DNA from: Octopus vulgaris
Lineage: Eukaryota
DNA length: 64,000 nt
Assembly: GCA_951406725.2 (NCBI GenBank)
Contig: OX597823.1
Coordinates: forward strand, 15,748,001-15,812,000
Direction: 5' to 3'
Of the stretch, positions 61,329 through 64,000 are shown piece by piece. Numbering within the stretch: position 1 is the stretch's first letter; every line of letters starts with the position of its first letter. The translations under genes and the position numbers were made by a program. The notes under the pieces were generated by a model. It searched no databases. It was not told where the DNA came from and worked only from the letters and a program-made list of their open reading frames with translations.

Positions 61329-61884
61329 TTAAACTTAAATGTTGATTATGTTGATAAAATTGAAAACTGACTTGAAAGAATTATTTCCCTTTAATACTAC
61401 ATCATTAAATATCTTTTTACCAGAAGTTTACCCATGAATCATGATTAAAACATAAAGAAAACAATAGTCTCAGTCTGTTCAACAAGAAGAAGAACAACAA
61501 CAACAGTTACCACTGAAAAGACATGATATATTAGACAATGTAGCCCTAAGTATACTATGTTTTAAAAAACAAAACAAGAGAAAAATACCCCCAAATGTTC
61601 ATGGTTGGAATGCTTTTGGTCATAAGCCATTGGTGATAGGTCTGCTCGATTAGTTCTGAACTTGGACTAAACATTAACAACCACGTAATCTCATTATCAT
61701 TTTCCATTCGTCTTTACGTCCCCGCATGTCAGTTGAATGTCCCCTCTGTATTCAGGCCTTGTGCCTATAATAAAGAGAAAAACCATGTAATTTCAAGTTA
61801 TACTGTTTTCTATCGAGTCACTGCTGTTTAACTTGGAATTAGTTAATGTATAATAGCTGCCAGATACAGTAGGTTAATATATTA

Positions 61885-62165
61885 TAATAATAATAATAAT
61901 GAAATTATTGCATACAGTGCTCAGGTGCACCACAACTTGTCAGAAAGTGCATATAAAGTATATGCAGTAATGTACAAATGTCTGGGAAGTGAACAGTGTA
62001 TGAGTCAGATACATGCTTGCGTGTGTATGGAGGGGAGAAAATCAGGTGTAGTGTTGGCGAATCTCAGAAAGCATGGAAGTTTTGAAGGATGCAGTGTTCC
62101 GACAACTAACAACTGATGCCGGCAGTTTGTTCCATGCTTCAGCAACTCCCAGCGGGAAAAAATGT
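61885..62165 (-). mobile_element. CR1-like LINE 3' end with (TTA)n tail
   Basis: Homologous to 6805-7110; ...VAEAWNKLPASVVSC. Confidence 0.78.
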
Positions 62166-62689
62166 TACTTAGTTCAACCGTGTCTGAGTTAAGCACATTA
62201 TTCATCTTACTTAGGAGTAAATTGGTCAGTACTAAGAAGGGCATTCTGTTGTAAAATTCTTTCACCAAAACCAAGAAGAGAAATCTGAGAGTGCTTTGTT
62301 CCTGCATAGAAAAATATATTTGTAAACAATAGAAATGTGAAAATCACAAAATATTATTTTCCTTGTTTATAATATTTACCTGTATTAGAAATCAGTTCTA
62401 GTTTAGAAGTTGCAATATTTGGGAGGCTAAGGAAATACACTTCTGATCACATGATCTTAGAATCCTAGAACCATTGTGTTATGTGTGTTGTGTCGTTCAG
62501 CAAGGTAGATTCCTTGAATAACAAAATGCCTACACTGTTTTAAAGTTGGGAGGTCATCTAGCTATGAAAACACTTTGCTCAAGCAAATAAATCTTAATAA
62601 AAAATGCTTTAAAAACAGTATATGTGTGTGTGTGAGTGCACACACACACACATACACACACAATTATATAAGTAGAATTTGTTTGTGGC

Positions 62690-63862
62690 AGATATGAAGG
62701 AGCAATAAATAATGAGAGCACACAAGAAAGAGATGTTCCAAAATGTCCAGAAGGCTCCCAAGAAGTAGTAGATAGTTTCAGTTATTTAGGTGACTTAATT
62801 AGCAGTGGAGGAGGATGATCTGAAAGGATAGTTGCTAGAATACAAATTGGTTGGAGAAAGTTCAGAAAACTTTTACCTCTGTTGGTAACAAAATATGTCT
62901 CTCTCAGAATGAAAAGCAGATTGTATTGGTGCCTGTGTATGAACAGCAATGCTACTTGGCTGTGAAACTTGGGCTGTGAATGCAGAGGAAATGTGAAGAC
63001 TTGAAAGAAATGAAACAAGTATGCTCTGATGGATGTGTAATATCAGTATGCATATACAATGAAGTACAAATGTGCTGAGAAAAAAAAATTGGGCGTTAGA
63101 GGCATCAGATGTGGTATGCAGGAGAAATGACTGTGCTGGAATGGTCCCATGATGCAGATGGATGAGGATAGCTCTATATAGGAACCTGTGGAAGAAGTTG
63201 ACCTAGGAAGAACTGAAATGAAATTGTGAAGACTGACCTCAAAATGCTGAGCTTCTCAGAGGAGATGATGAGGGACCAAGATGAGAAGATGCTTGAGAAG
63301 ACCCATCTGTCGCAGCAGAGTTGAAGCTCTGTGAAGCTTTCCCCTACACCTCATCTTCTGACTCCCACTCTTCCACGTTGCTCTATTTTCTTTCACTCGC
63401 CCCTACAATGAACTGATATCATCTACGTATAACTCATTCCCTATCTCTAATTATCTGCCACACTACGTTTTACTCCATGCACTTGCCTACACATTCATCT
63501 TTCCAGATTTACAGTCCTATTCTGTCTCATATTCATGTTATACCTTGACTTCACATCTCTTTCTTTTCTCTGTCCTTCTCTTTCTCAATTTCCAGGTGGA
63601 TAAGCCATGTATTCACTTCCTCAGCAAGACATCTGCTCCTCTCTATAATGGTTTCTTATTCCTCCAGTCTAGTCAGTTGAAGGGCCTTATCTTGCAGGTA
63701 CTTGATAATCTCACTGGTACGAGTGCCACTAAAAAGCACCCAGTACACTTTAAGTGGAAAGGGCATCCTGCTGTAGAAACCATACCAAAACAGAGGGCTT
63801 GTGTGTTCTTATCAAATCATCCAATGCATGCCAGCATGAAAAACAAAGAACATCAAACGATT
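62690..63862 (+). mobile_element. Decayed RTE LINE 3' part ending in a family-D tail
   Basis: DSFSYLGDLISSGGG*SERIVARIQIGWRKFRKLLPLL...GCETWAV...ML*WMCN; pyrimidine-rich UTR; aagggcatcctgctgtagaaac...catccaatgcatgccagcatg. Confidence 0.82.
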
Positions 63863-63873
63863 ATATATGCATA

Positions 63874-64000
63874 CTAGCAGTATCGCCCGGCGTTGCTCGG
63901 GTTTGTAAGGGAAATAACTATATAACCATTTTTAGAGAGTTATAGCCAAAAAATGCATTAAAAATGGAAAAAAAAATGATGGTAAATTTTTTTTTAAATC
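63874..64000 (-). mobile_element. Non-autonomous Helitron 3' end (runs off the window)
   Basis: ctagcagtatcgcccggcgttgctcgggtttgtaaggg, nearly identical to 26785. Confidence 0.87.

Larger units (their letters stand above)
61191..61345. repeat. 155-bp near-perfect palindrome (77-bp arms, 2 mismatches), probably an inverted Penelope-like terminal repeat
   Basis: tcaacatttaagtttaatttgtcaaaatattttcg...gtgc-a-gcac...cgaaaatattttgacaaattaaacttaaatgttga. Confidence 0.93.

Noticed and set aside
61064-61370. Overlapping opposite-strand ORFs with near-identical peptides
   Set aside because: A by-product of the 155-bp palindrome.
56865-64000. GRTP1 exon 4 (expected to start VW/IW...SGA)
   Set aside because: No acceptor followed by a matching peptide was found; the candidate tccag|GTGGAT at ~63596 lies in an RTE UTR and gives an unrelated peptide.

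Overview
AT-rich, repeat-dense eukaryotic genomic DNA, very probably from an octopus (inferred from three abundant tRNA-headed SINE families, RTE/CR1 LINEs and TA/CA microsatellite load). The only host gene I can support is missed by the ORF track. It is the 5' part of a + strand GRTP1/TBC1D6-like Rab-GAP gene in three short exons (1360-1385, 49376-49527, 56818-56864). These splice in frame to MDWGTDANSKVDGYGFERSDSFDYGLNSEFVSTYKPILERRNKRWNDSVPNSKVPHNRKMKRFCRKGIPNEYRAT, with a ~48 kb first intron; I found no further exon, so the gene probably continues past the window. Almost everything else is intronic transposon debris: SINEs, RTE, CR1-like and R4/Dong-like LINE fragments, a decayed Ty3/Gypsy element with one LTR, Helitrons, a mariner, and hAT-, piggyBac- and Merlin-like MITEs with visible target-site duplications (TSDs), often nested. 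The most notable signals are: (i) a 155-bp near-perfect hairpin whose arms each carry a minimal hammerhead-ribozyme fold with the uncommon G3-C8 core swap, plus three decayed hammerhead relics; (ii) other long hairpins; (iii) multimeric SINEs inserted as single events; (iv) SINE 3'-tail swapping. Family names are recalled, not database-verified, and boundaries of decayed repeats are approximate.
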